Positions 36,017-45,989 of a stretch of 64,000 nucleotides of DNA are shown here, piece by piece. Every line of letters begins with the position of its first letter. The stretch's first letter is position 1. Origin of the DNA: Candidatus Woesearchaeota archaeon (lineage in GTDB: Archaea; Nanobdellota; Nanobdellia; Pacearchaeales; UBA284); contig CAYGZP010000001.1 in NCBI GenBank assembly GCA_964354405.1, positions 210,879 to 274,878 of the forward strand, given 5' to 3'. The position numbers and the translations under genes are program-made. The notes beneath the pieces are model-generated. The model saw only the letters and a program-made list of their open reading frames with translations. It was not told the DNA's origin and searched no databases.

Positions 36017-38464
36017 TTATTTCTTGCTCATCTTTTTTAGCTTGCTCAAAGTTTTTTCCAAGTCACTCTCTGTCTTTCCTTTTGGCTTCGCTTCGGTTTT
36101 TGCTGGCGCTGTTGGAGCCGGCCTAAATGATTTTAATGGTGAAGGTCTTACAAGTGGCTTATTTGTGCTCGAAGGCATCAATGGCCTCGGCTGTTGTTGT
36201 GGTCGGAATTGTGGCTTAAACAATGAAGGTTTTGATTGAGTTGCAGGAGATTGAGATGTTGGTCTTATAACTGGCCTTGAGACAGGGCCCATTGGTCCGC
36301 CGAACAAATTCAATTTTTCCTCTTTCTTGATTGCTGGCTTCTTCAGCTTCAAGAAATAATAAGCAACTCCGCCGCCTATGATTACTATAATAATTATTAA
36401 CCATATCCACCACAAGCCAGCTGATTTCTTGCACTCGCCGTTAATACAACATTTTCCTTCTGTCGAATCTACAATAGTTCCAGAACATTTCTCATCCGAT
36501 GTACACACATCCCCACCAAGTTTACTGCAAGACTCGGCGCAAGTTCCTTCACAACAATCTTCAACATCTGTTGTTTCTACTGTATTCCCCGAACATTCCT
36601 CTCCAAGCGTGCATTCGCTTCCAACTTCCGAACAAGTTTTATCTTGGACACATTTTGCGCTTGTTCCGACACAACATCTTGTGCTGTCTTTGGTTGTTGT
36701 GAATCCAATCTCACTCCAAGTGAACTCGTTTAGACAAACCGAGCTTAAATCACATTCAATTCCAATATCAATGCAATTCTGTTCGCTGGTTCCTCCACCG
36801 ATGCAAGAACCCAAACAACACGAGCCGTTCAAACTCTGCACTTCCTCTCCGACGCAAGTCTGCCCTTGTAAAGGATCACACACTTCTCCTTGAATTTCAT
36901 CACATGTGGCTACATCATAAGCCTTGCAGCACCATTTCCAATCAGGACAAGTTAGTATGGATTCAATAGTGAACTCGCTTGAGTTGCAGTCCTCTTTGCA
37001 AGAGCCTCCTGCTTGCGAGCACTGTTCTTCGCCGCCGCCAGTTCCGATGAACTTGCAGCAAATCTCCCCAGCATTACAATCTAAGAAAGGAACTGGTATT
37101 TCAGTAGGGTCACAAGTCAAATTGCCTGTACATCTATAATCAAATCCCTGCTCTTCACAGCTTCCTCCTCTAGGCCCTATCCCTGGACAGTTTCCTCCCC
37201 ATAATGCCCACAACGCGAAAGCAGTGTCTCTAATTGACTCTTTCTGTGATTCACCATAATTAACCGAGACTAAGTTTCCATTGACTTCTTGATTAGCTAA
37301 TAAATAATTCTTTGCTTTTGTTATTGCCTCGCCTCCACTCGCGCCAAGAGCTATTGCAGCATGTGCAGTGTCATAAACTCTCCCATAGACAATCGGCTGG
37401 ATGAGCCAATAACCTTTATCTATTCCAACAATTTTCTGACTTGCTAAAATTTCATCACTATATCGAGCTTGAGTTGTTATCGGATACAAGAAAGATGGAG
37501 GGAAAAAACCAATGTTGTCTTCTTCAAACACCACAAGATAAGGCACAAACATGTTTGCTTCTCTCGAGTCGCCCGATGCTTTCAAAGCATAAGCTGTCCA
37601 TGCTGTTCCTTCGTAATCGCAATATCCTGTGCTTAGAGGATTTGTCAGACAATAACTAGTTACTTTGAGTTCGAGAGGATTTGGCTGGTCCTCGAGCTTG
37701 TTCGAGCCAGGAACTCCGGGCTTTCCGCTTTTTGTTTCGCTCGATACATGCCATGTTCCCGAGCCTGATTTCTTGTAAAGTAATGAAGCTCTGTAAACAG
37801 TTGCATTGCTGAAACATTTTATTGTATAGCTATATGAATAGCAATCTGCCTGCGGCTTGATTTTAAACCAATATGGCTCGTTGACAACATCTTCAATGTA
37901 GAAACATTTGCTCGAGCCAGTAATTGAAACTTTTTTGTCAGCTCCAACTTCAAACATATTTTCTTCGTTGCCGCCGTATATAATCTCGCATGAAGCATTG
38001 CTTCCTCTATCAACATCAATCTGCAGATACCAATTAATATTAGTAACTTGTGTTGTGTTTCTAGATAAGAGCCAATTTTTTATTTTTGTGCTGTTCAGTC
38101 TCAATTTATCAAAAGCGACTTTTGCTAAAGCACTCTCGGTAAGAAGACAGTCATTTGCCGAGCCTGGCTTTGCAGGCCCCCTACCCCAACATCTCATTGT
38201 ATTGCTCGCGAAACTCTTGGCATAAAGTGAAGCATTTGATGGTTCGAGATAAGTATCGTTGCAGCTTAGAGCTAGCAGAGAGAAAACATGTTGCTTGATG
38301 TTAAGTGTTTGCCATTTTCCCTTGACTTGTTTTCCAAGCCAATCATAAGCTTTGGCAACTTTCTGCGAGTCATCAGTCGGAGTTTCTGCATAAACAGCGA
38401 CAATTGATGCTAAAAACACGGCAATAATAAATATAGCTAATAAAGTAACACTCTTTTTTACCAT
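36017..38464 (-). CDS. Membrane-anchored surface protein, probable paralog of 33564..35978, with Cys-rich repeats and Pro-rich tail
   Basis: Signal peptide, KAYDWL, CDYEGTAW, NYLLANQ, six CC-ending repeats, TM, Pro-rich tail. Confidence 0.75.
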   Translation of the reverse strand: MVKKSVTLLAIFIIAVFLASIVAVYAETPTDDSQKVAKAYDWLGKQVKGKWQTLNIKQHVFSLLALSCNDTYLEPSNASLYAKSFASNTMRCWGRGPAKPGSANDCLLTESALAKVAFDKLRLNSTKIKNWLLSRNTTQVTNINWYLQIDVDRGSNASCEIIYGGNEENMFEVGADKKVSITGSSKCFYIEDVVNEPYWFKIKPQADCYSYSYTIKCFSNATVYRASLLYKKSGSGTWHVSSETKSGKPGVPGSNKLEDQPNPLELKVTSYCLTNPLSTGYCDYEGTAWTAYALKASGDSREANMFVPYLVVFEEDNIGFFPPSFLYPITTQARYSDEILASQKIVGIDKGYWLIQPIVYGRVYDTAHAAIALGASGGEAITKAKNYLLANQEVNGNLVSVNYGESQKESIRDTAFALWALWGGNCPGIGPRGGSCEEQGFDYRCTGNLTCDPTEIPVPFLDCNAGEICCKFIGTGGGEEQCSQAGGSCKEDCNSSEFTIESILTCPDWKWCCKAYDVATCDEIQGEVCDPLQGQTCVGEEVQSLNGSCCLGSCIGGGTSEQNCIDIGIECDLSSVCLNEFTWSEIGFTTTKDSTRCCVGTSAKCVQDKTCSEVGSECTLGEECSGNTVETTDVEDCCEGTCAESCSKLGGDVCTSDEKCSGTIVDSTEGKCCINGECKKSAGLWWIWLIIIIVIIGGGVAYYFLKLKKPAIKKEEKLNLFGGPMGPVSRPVIRPTSQSPATQSKPSLFKPQFRPQQQPRPLMPSSTNKPLVRPSPLKSFRPAPTAPAKTEAKPKGKTESDLEKTLSKLKKMSKK

Positions 38465-38545
38465 TTTACTTTTATATAGTTTCTAAAACTCGGGCATTTA
38501 AAATACTTTCGTTTCATTCGCGTTTCCTTTACATTTCATATCGCT

Positions 38546-39925
38546 TTACTCGGATTTTCTTCTTCTTTGTCTTGGTTTTCCTTTCCCAAACTGCTCTCTT
38601 CTCTTTTGTTCCTCAATTCTCGCTTTTACAACAACATAATTAACCGGGTTTTTTATTTTCCTGCAGAGAAAATCAGGCATGCATATCGCGATGTCTTTAT
38701 ACCAGCTCGCCTTGTCCAAGTTACAGTTTGGAGGCAATCTCGTTTCCTGTTTCTTGAACCAATTGACTTGTGTCGCGATATAATTTTCTTTCAAAGGCTT
38801 ATAGTTTACCTTATTCCATTCGCTGATTCTCTTTTCAACATCGCTCCACTCCAATCCGAGCGAACGCAGAAAATTGATAAGGACAAACAATGCTCGCTTT
38901 CTTCCATCTTGTTTCATTCCCTGCAAGATAATCTTGATGCAAGGCGGATAAATTTCCTCGTTTATGCTCGTGAACTTGATAGGGGTTCTCGTTCTTTCTT
39001 TCACTTCAGCAACTCTCGTATTGTCTTCTTTTTTTCTTTGCTCTCGTGCATGCCAGTCAAGAGCTTGCGTAAACAACTCGCGGGCTTCTCCTGGCTCAGG
39101 CTCGGGAATAAACTGCTTGACTATAACTCGCTCGTGCTTTGCCCATCCAGGATGAAATGCTTTCAGATGCTCGGGCCTAAGCACAATTGAAACAAATCCG
39201 GTTTTTTCATGCAACGAATAAGCCATTCTGTAAAGATGTCTTGGGGCAATGAGAATAGTATCAATTTCGAGAATGCTCGAGGGATTGAATTGTCCATCAG
39301 CGTCGAGCAACTGTTCTGGACTCTTCCCAGCTGCTTTTGCGATTTCCTTCACAGTTGAGATCTCCATAATTCTTTTTCTCAAGTCATCTCTTATCATTTC
39401 TTTGAGATACGCAGCGATCATCCGCGGGCCTTGGGGAAAAAAATCTCTTATCTTGACTCCTTGGACAATTTCTGGAAACGCTCTGTAGCTCAAGCCAACA
39501 TGGAACCCTGAGCCCCCTGAATATTTCAAACCAATATTTTTGATTCCGTGAAAATAAAGAGCCTCGCACAAGAGCCATGCCGCGATTTTACTATATTCGA
39601 GAAACTTACAATCTATATCCAAAAGCAGATTCCATCCAACTCGCAACTTGCTTAACTGCTCTTCTCGCATGTCAGTATTGATTTCAAGAGGATTTTGCCA
39701 TATCTCCTCTGAAACATGGAAACTTGTTGCTCCCTTCAGGACAAGATTCATGACATCCTGCGGATATTCAAGAGTATCAGGCCGCTTGCCGAAGCCTTCA
39801 TAATACTGGGGCACAATCTCATGGGCTCCTTCCAAGTCTCTTGCTTGATTGACCAAAGCAGCCTGGACATCTCTTCTCGAGTAATAGCTAAACGCAATTT
39901 TCCTCAGCCTTTCCACTTTTTCCAT
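38546..39925 (-). CDS. priS: DNA primase, fused PriS-PriL (DPANN type)
   Basis: LLLDIDC, KYSGGSGFH (PriS) plus YPPCI...GRKRALF...PPNC...C...C..IKNPVNY (PriL Fe-S domain). Confidence 0.9.
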   Translation of the reverse strand: MEKVERLRKIAFSYYSRRDVQAALVNQARDLEGAHEIVPQYYEGFGKRPDTLEYPQDVMNLVLKGATSFHVSEEIWQNPLEINTDMREEQLSKLRVGWNLLLDIDCKFLEYSKIAAWLLCEALYFHGIKNIGLKYSGGSGFHVGLSYRAFPEIVQGVKIRDFFPQGPRMIAAYLKEMIRDDLRKRIMEISTVKEIAKAAGKSPEQLLDADGQFNPSSILEIDTILIAPRHLYRMAYSLHEKTGFVSIVLRPEHLKAFHPGWAKHERVIVKQFIPEPEPGEARELFTQALDWHAREQRKKEDNTRVAEVKERTRTPIKFTSINEEIYPPCIKIILQGMKQDGRKRALFVLINFLRSLGLEWSDVEKRISEWNKVNYKPLKENYIATQVNWFKKQETRLPPNCNLDKASWYKDIAICMPDFLCRKIKNPVNYVVVKARIEEQKRREQFGKGKPRQRRRKSE

Positions 39926-40045
39926 ATCTCAACACAGAAAATAAAATTTAAATAATTATTCGTGATAAAACATAACAAACAATCATAACAAACTTTAAAA
40001 ACTTCTGAAATCTAAAAATGCTGAAAAGAGGCGAGGAAAACAAAA

Positions 40046-40783
40046 ATGTTGTTAAAACTTGATAATCCTAAAATTTTGTCAGATGTCATATCGCTATTAT
40101 CCGAGCTAGTTCTAGAGGTTAAGGCAAAAGTTTCTAAAAATGGCTTGGAAATCACAGCAATAGATCCTGCAAATGTTGCTCTAGTATCCTTAAAAATCTC
40201 CCCACAAGCATTCTCACAGCTCGAAGCTGACAAGGAAGAGGAATTGGGGTTGAACCTTGAGGATTTCAAGCAAGTCTTGAGAAGAATGGCCCCGGGTTCA
40301 GGATTGATTATAGAAAGACAAGATAACATGCTAAAGCTCAAGATGCAGGAAAAATCAAAGCGCGCATTTAACTTGGCATTGATTAACCTTGATGCCGAAG
40401 ATAAAAAGATTCCCGAGCTCACATTTGCTTCTAAAGTTGAGATGGATTCAGAAGCTTTTGCAGAAGCGATAAATGACGCTGCAATAGTCGCAGATTCTAC
40501 AGCTTTCCTGGCATCAAGCAACTCATTTGCAATAGAATCCAAAGGAACGCTCAACAGCGCTAAAACCGAGTTCAACAATGAAGAGATTGCAATTACTTCC
40601 GAGCAAGACACCAAATCCAAGTACTCTTTAGATTATCTTGTAAAGTTTGTCAAAGCTTCTAAGCTCGCGGAAAAAGTAAAAATCAATTTTGCGACAGATT
40701 ATCCTGCAAGATTGGATTTCAAGAGCAAGGATGGCTTGGTTGAATTGAGTTTTATCTTGGCTCCTAGAGTTGAAGAAGAGTAA
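40046..40783 (+). CDS. pcn: DNA polymerase sliding clamp PCNA
   Basis: AIDPANVALV, YSLDYL, FILAPRVEEE. Confidence 0.96.
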   Translation: MLLKLDNPKILSDVISLLSELVLEVKAKVSKNGLEITAIDPANVALVSLKISPQAFSQLEADKEEELGLNLEDFKQVLRRMAPGSGLIIERQDNMLKLKMQEKSKRAFNLALINLDAEDKKIPELTFASKVEMDSEAFAEAINDAAIVADSTAFLASSNSFAIESKGTLNSAKTEFNNEEIAITSEQDTKSKYSLDYLVKFVKASKLAEKVKINFATDYPARLDFKSKDGLVELSFILAPRVEEE

Positions 40784-40893
40784 GGAAGAATAAGAGCAAG
40801 AAAGAAGAAGCGGGAAAGCAACAAAAACATAATTTTATGGATAATTATGGATAATAAAGCAAGTTTTATAAATCATAGTTTATTTATAAAAAG

Positions 40894-41730
40894 ATGATGA
40901 AAAGAGGCAATTCAAAAGCACAAGTTACTTTGTTTATTATCATCGCTATTGTCATAGTTGCGGTAGCAGCTTTAGTAATCGTTTTATGGCCTAAAATTTC
41001 TAGCTTAGCCATGTCAAAGCAGCAAGTGCAATCCTATCTCGCGAGCCAAACAACACAGTTGCGAGATTCAATAGCGACATGCGTCGAAGAGACAAGCTCG
41101 CCTGCATTCACAAAAATGGGACTGCAAGCAGGTTATTATGACACAACTGGCTTGCGAACATTGAACTTCGGCGGCAGCGATTATATTGTTGTGATGTATA
41201 AAGACACTGCCAAGCAACGCATCAACAAGCTTCCAAGTCTCTCACAAATCGAGGAACAATATCAAATATTTCTCACGAAGGAAGGCAACGCAGCAATAGA
41301 CAAATGTCTTAACAATCTCGCTGGTTTCAGAAGAAACATGAACATCGAGGAAGGCCAGAGAAAGATAACAGCTTCAATTTATCCTGAGTCAGTCATCATC
41401 AATGTCGATTGGCCAATGAAATTATCCAAGGCAAGTGTAGGAGGAACAGTCGAGCAAAGCATCAACCAGCGCTCTGCAATGTTGCTCGTTCCTTTAGGTT
41501 ACATGTGGCAGACAGCGAACACAGTCACAGACTGCGAAACTCGGGTTGATTGCAAATATGAAGGAATCGAGTGGGACAAAGACAACTGGAACAATCCTTT
41601 CAGGCTTCAATACATAACTAAAGACGCGAGAAGCATAAACAAGGATCAAATTGTTTTTATCCTCGAGAGCGTTCCATACAGGCCAAGCGAATTGCCATAC
41701 AAATTTAATTTTGGAATAGACAGAAGCTAA
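40894..41730 (+). CDS. Class III signal peptide (pilin-like) protein
   Basis: KAQVTLFIIIAIVIV N-terminus; GLQAGYY. Confidence 0.7.
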   Translation: MMKRGNSKAQVTLFIIIAIVIVAVAALVIVLWPKISSLAMSKQQVQSYLASQTTQLRDSIATCVEETSSPAFTKMGLQAGYYDTTGLRTLNFGGSDYIVVMYKDTAKQRINKLPSLSQIEEQYQIFLTKEGNAAIDKCLNNLAGFRRNMNIEEGQRKITASIYPESVIINVDWPMKLSKASVGGTVEQSINQRSAMLLVPLGYMWQTANTVTDCETRVDCKYEGIEWDKDNWNNPFRLQYITKDARSINKDQIVFILESVPYRPSELPYKFNFGIDRS

Positions 41731-41759
41731 AAAATAAAAAAGTAAAATAAAAAAGAAAA

Positions 41760-42116
41760 ATGGTAGTCAGAGAAAACATAAAAAATTACATTATAGGAAT
41801 TGGACTTCCACTGAGCCTTATTATAGGGTTTGGGGTGGGATATACTTTAAGCAAATATATTACTAACTTACAAAATAAAGCCACAATTAAAGTATATGAA
41901 AATAATATATCAAACTTAAATCAAGAGTTGACTTCCAAGAGCATGGAGATTCAGGCATTAGAGGATACATTAAAAGCAAAAAAAGAAAGGGATTTAGAAA
42001 GGGTTATTGAGATGACTAAGCTATCTGAAGTGTTAATAGATGTCGCTGTAAAAAGAGGCACTCCCGAAGCAAAAGCAAGAAAAACCTTTTCATATCTTAT
42101 AGAGCTTGCTAAATAA
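41760..42116 (+). CDS. Small N-anchored coiled-coil membrane protein
   Basis: TM followed by coiled coil. Confidence 0.65.
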   Translation: MVVRENIKNYIIGIGLPLSLIIGFGVGYTLSKYITNLQNKATIKVYENNISNLNQELTSKSMEIQALEDTLKAKKERDLERVIEMTKLSEVLIDVAVKRGTPEAKARKTFSYLIELAK

Positions 42117-42118
42117 AA

Positions 42119-43912
42119 ATGAAAAATAAAATAGTGATAAGCGCAGGAATTTTCTTAGTTATAATACTTTTAATAATTACCATACAAGCCATTCAAGCTC
42201 AAGAGCAAAAGGGCTGTTGTCTTGACACAGGAAAAGGTCAGCAGTGTGTTTCAACAACTCGAGCAGAGTGTCTTGGAAGATTTTTCACAGGGCCTCCTTT
42301 CGACTGTTCTAACGTCGCTGAATGTAAAGCACAAACATGCATCCCTAAACAAAAAGATGAAGCATGCATGAGAAACAAGGCAGCTGCAGAATGTTTGGCA
42401 ATGGGCGGAGTTCCAGATGCCAAGCCCCTCGAAGAAATCGCACAATGCAAGCCCGGCTGCTGCATAATCGCAAAAGGTGTCAAGGCAGAAGTGTTGCAAT
42501 ACAGACAATGCGAAAATCTTACAAAAACTCTTGGTTATGATTTAGAGATGATGGAATTCAAGGAAGGAATAACAAGTCAGATTGAATGCAAGAAAGTTGG
42601 CTCTCCAAGTGACTTAGGATGTTGTGTTGTCGGAGATGGTGATTGTAAATATGGCGCTCGAGAGCAATGCGGCGAAGGAAGTTTCGTTCCGTTAGCAGGC
42701 GGATTATTCTGCCGCGATGTCACATCATGCGCGCTAACAACTCATTTTTATTCAGACTGCGGAACATTGCCAGGAACAGAAACTGATATTTACTTTTTCG
42801 ACAGCCAAGGAAATCAAGAAGAGTTGAAAGCTTCATGCAGATATCCTGAAGCAATCTGCTCCAAAGATGCAGAAGGTAGAGTTTCCTGCAAAGACACAAA
42901 ATGTGATGTTAATGGACAAGCTCAGGAAATGTCAAGCACTCCTCCAAAAATCACTATTGTTTCTATCGAACAAACTTTGCTCACAGGAACAAGCATGTGT
43001 TATAATTTTTACACAGATTATGTCGGCGGCGAAGAGAAAGATGAAGCCCAATCATATTTATACAGAAGAAGCACAGGATTGCAGAATCAGATAATCCACT
43101 GCGGCTTCGGCAAGCTTGAGATTGAAGGCTTGGGAGTAGACAGACAAAAATTATGCTTCCCTGCCAATCCCACAGTTCAGGGAGGCGTTGCAACATTCCA
43201 TGCAAATGTCAAGGAAAATAAAGGGCAGAACTGCTCTCAGTGCGGCGCATCATCAGGATTATTCGGATTTGGCAATGATGTCGGCGACTTCCTTGGCCCC
43301 GCGTCTATAGGATTACCAACAGGAAAGATGTTCTCAGCACTTTTCGGAGATTATTGCACTAAAGAGAAATGCGAGAACATTGGCGGCGATTGTTATTATC
43401 ATCAGGATTTACCAGGATTCGTCGGAGGAACTCCAGTTGGCTCGTGTGATTCAATTTATCCTCCTGGCTCATCAGCAAGTAAATGCAGTGAATGTGGAGA
43501 TGGCGGAGATTCAGTATGGAACCTTTGTACAAGAGCAGAATGCAACAGCAAGGGTGATTGCACTTTCAATGATGCGAATGCCTTTGCAAAAGCAGGAACA
43601 TTAGCATGGTTCTGGCCGGGATTAGCAGTCGGCGAGAGAGTCTCATCAATCATCCCAGAATGCACCGCTACATCAATCTACTGTGCAATAAACTGTGCAG
43701 CAGGATGCACTGACACAGCATGCTTGCATCCATCAAACAACAACTTTTTCAAATGTCTTGGAGACAGAGGCAAAGCCTATGCAATATGGGCGCCTGTGTG
43801 GATAATCAATGGAAAATTAATCGGAGCAGCATGGGACGCTCTCAGCGGCAAAGTCACCACAGCGATAGTAGACAAGGCCACAAGTTCAGTAATAGGAGGC
43901 GAAAAGAAATAA
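42119..43912 (+). CDS. Secreted Cys-rich protein
   Basis: Signal peptide; repeated GCC motifs; hydrophobic Gly/Ala-rich C-terminal segments. Confidence 0.75.
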   Translation: MKNKIVISAGIFLVIILLIITIQAIQAQEQKGCCLDTGKGQQCVSTTRAECLGRFFTGPPFDCSNVAECKAQTCIPKQKDEACMRNKAAAECLAMGGVPDAKPLEEIAQCKPGCCIIAKGVKAEVLQYRQCENLTKTLGYDLEMMEFKEGITSQIECKKVGSPSDLGCCVVGDGDCKYGAREQCGEGSFVPLAGGLFCRDVTSCALTTHFYSDCGTLPGTETDIYFFDSQGNQEELKASCRYPEAICSKDAEGRVSCKDTKCDVNGQAQEMSSTPPKITIVSIEQTLLTGTSMCYNFYTDYVGGEEKDEAQSYLYRRSTGLQNQIIHCGFGKLEIEGLGVDRQKLCFPANPTVQGGVATFHANVKENKGQNCSQCGASSGLFGFGNDVGDFLGPASIGLPTGKMFSALFGDYCTKEKCENIGGDCYYHQDLPGFVGGTPVGSCDSIYPPGSSASKCSECGDGGDSVWNLCTRAECNSKGDCTFNDANAFAKAGTLAWFWPGLAVGERVSSIIPECTATSIYCAINCAAGCTDTACLHPSNNNFFKCLGDRGKAYAIWAPVWIINGKLIGAAWDALSGKVTTAIVDKATSSVIGGEKK

Positions 43913-43913
43913 A

Positions 43914-44003
43914 ATGAAAAACAAAAAAATAATTTTAATTTTAGCAATTTTTTCAGTTGCGATTCTAATGATGATTCTAATGATATTACCTTTAGTTCTA
44001 GCT
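43914..44003 (+). repeat. Signal-peptide DNA repeat (copies at 43914, 44787, 45990)
   Basis: First 42 nt of 43914 and 45990 differ at 1 position; shared TAATGATATTACCTTTAGTT; 44787 shares the first 34 nt with 1 mismatch. Confidence 0.8.
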
Positions 44004-44531
44004 CAGGAAGAAGAAGTTATAGAATCAGCATCAGATACAGGTGTTAAAGTACAATTAACTATTCCTAAGAACCATCAAATGTTCGTTGGCAGAGAATATC
44101 GTTTTACATGTCGTTTTAGTAATGAACAACCATGGGCACTCGGACATTGGGTATACATAAATTATTGGGATGCTTCTGGTAATGTTATAAAAAATGCAGG
44201 ACATACTGGTAGCCCTAAATATTATAGTTTACCAATTGGTCCATTTTATGAAGAAAAAACCATTTATGTTAGGTGTGAAGTATTCAGATCAGCGTTTATT
44301 TTCGGGGCATTTCCATCAAGCGATTCTATAGGTAGATGTCCTAATGAAGAAGATGCCGTTGTTATAAAAGTAGTTAAAAAATCATCTGTATCTGATATTG
44401 TATGGGCTAATGGTAAGATAGCACAATTAAAAGTAATAAAAGCTAAAGCAGAAAACGCGGGTAAAACAAAACTTGCAGATTTAACACAACAAATGATAAC
44501 TAAATTTGAAAATTATAAAAGCGCAGCGTAG
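43914..44531 (+). CDS. Secreted hypothetical protein (cassette A)
   Basis: MKNKKIILILAIFS signal peptide. Confidence 0.7.
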   Translation: MKNKKIILILAIFSVAILMMILMILPLVLAQEEEVIESASDTGVKVQLTIPKNHQMFVGREYRFTCRFSNEQPWALGHWVYINYWDASGNVIKNAGHTGSPKYYSLPIGPFYEEKTIYVRCEVFRSAFIFGAFPSSDSIGRCPNEEDAVVIKVVKKSSVSDIVWANGKIAQLKVIKAKAENAGKTKLADLTQQMITKFENYKSAA

Positions 44532-44535
44532 CAAA

Positions 44536-44790
44536 ATGAATCTAAAATATATTTTAAAAGATATTTTAATTATAAGCGCTATAACTTTTCTTTCTAGTTG
44601 TGAAAAGATAGAATATAGTCAAAGAAAAAAATATGAAAGAGAAATAGATAGCCTTAAAACAGAAATAGTAAGGTATGATGATAGTATAAATACTCTTAAT
44701 AGTAAAATAAAAAAATTAGTGCTTGAAGTAGAATTTGAGCAACTTATGCGAAAAGCTGAAAAAGAACTAGGAGAATCTTTAGAAAAATGA
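44536..44790 (+). CDS. Small putative lipoprotein, coiled coil
   Basis: MNLKY...FLSSC then heptad repeats. Confidence 0.65.
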   Translation: MNLKYILKDILIISAITFLSSCEKIEYSQRKKYEREIDSLKTEIVRYDDSINTLNSKIKKLVLEVEFEQLMRKAEKELGESLEK

Positions 44791-45635
44791 AAAACAAAAA
44801 AATAATTTCAATTTTAGCAACGATACTAATTATCTTAGCAGCCATGCCTTTCGTATTAGCACAGGATGAGATAGAGATTACTGTTGAAGAACAACCAACA
44901 AGCGGAGGGATTTCCACTATGGGAGTCGCCACCCCCAATATGGATGTGATTGCCGTTGGGAATAATGCAGCCCAAATAAAATGTTACCTTAGTGATGAGA
45001 ATGAATATCTTAAACAAGGACATGAATATAAAATAGTTTTTGAAGCAACTAAAGATATATTATTTTTGAAAACAATTAATGAAGTTAAACCAATCGCACA
45101 AAGTAGACTTAAGGGATTTAAGAAAGAAATAAAAATTTACAAAGAAGTCCCTGGAGTTACGGTAGGAAAGATAGCTCAATGGGTTCCTGCAGTACCTACT
45201 TTCTATTATAATGTTGTATCTTGGCTGGCAGGAGGGAAACCCCTGATTCGTAGCGGGGATAAAGACATAACTGCGACAATTCCTTATAGTCCTCAATTAA
45301 ATGATAAAAATTTGAATTATGTCGAAGAGAAAGTAGAGGTTTCATGCAAGTTTTATGTTAAAATTCCTACAGACGTAGGAAAAGCCCAAGAAAGTATAAT
45401 TGCAAGTCCAACAAAAACTATAACCTTCAAGAAACCAATTAATTTAGAGAGTTTGAATCCGAAACAGAGAGAAATAAAAACAAACTATGATGATATCATA
45501 AAGGGTTTAGAAAAAAATCGAGATTTATTAAAAGAAAAACGTCCTGATGTTTATCCACAAATTGTAAATGATATAAATCGAGTTTTAAATGACTTAAGAA
45601 AACAAAGAGATGAAGAGATTATAAAAGCATCTTAA
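44787..45635 (+). CDS. Secreted hypothetical protein (cassette B)
   Basis: MKNKKIISILA signal peptide. Confidence 0.7.
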   Translation: MKNKKIISILATILIILAAMPFVLAQDEIEITVEEQPTSGGISTMGVATPNMDVIAVGNNAAQIKCYLSDENEYLKQGHEYKIVFEATKDILFLKTINEVKPIAQSRLKGFKKEIKIYKEVPGVTVGKIAQWVPAVPTFYYNVVSWLAGGKPLIRSGDKDITATIPYSPQLNDKNLNYVEEKVEVSCKFYVKIPTDVGKAQESIIASPTKTITFKKPINLESLNPKQREIKTNYDDIIKGLEKNRDLLKEKRPDVYPQIVNDINRVLNDLRKQRDEEIIKAS

Positions 45636-45643
45636 AAATTAAA

Positions 45644-45988
45644 ATGAATTTAAAATATTATGTCGCAGGAGCCGCAGTTGTATTAACAATAATAGGGTGC
45701 TCTTCAAAAAATTATGAAGAAAAAATGCAACAGTATGAAGATAGGATTCACGCATGTGAATTACGCATCGGGGCACTTGAATCCGAGGTAACTAAATTAA
45801 AAAATCCTAAATTTAATAGTTTAGCACAAGACGAAGATTTAAGTTCAATAATTCGTAAAGATTTATCAGATTTAGAAAAGATGGACTTGGGCGATTCCCC
45901 TGAACTTCGAGCTATTAGGGAAGATCTTGGGAATTTATATAAAGAAATATTAAAAGCGATAGAAGAATCCCCACAACCAAAAAAATAA
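45644..45988 (+). CDS. Small putative lipoprotein, coiled coil
   Basis: MNLKY...IIGC then heptad repeats. Confidence 0.65.
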   Translation: MNLKYYVAGAAVVLTIIGCSSKNYEEKMQQYEDRIHACELRIGALESEVTKLKNPKFNSLAQDEDLSSIIRKDLSDLEKMDLGDSPELRAIREDLGNLYKEILKAIEESPQPKK

Positions 45989-45989
45989 A

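Noticed and set aside
40012..40620. 202-aa antisense ORF (and similar shadow ORFs such as 38567..39190, 36378..36893, 46247..46783)
   Set aside because: Fully antisense to well-supported genes; no independent motifs
40836..40855. TTATGGATAA tandem duplication
   Set aside because: Two copies of a 10-mer in AT-rich intergenic DNA; no supporting context
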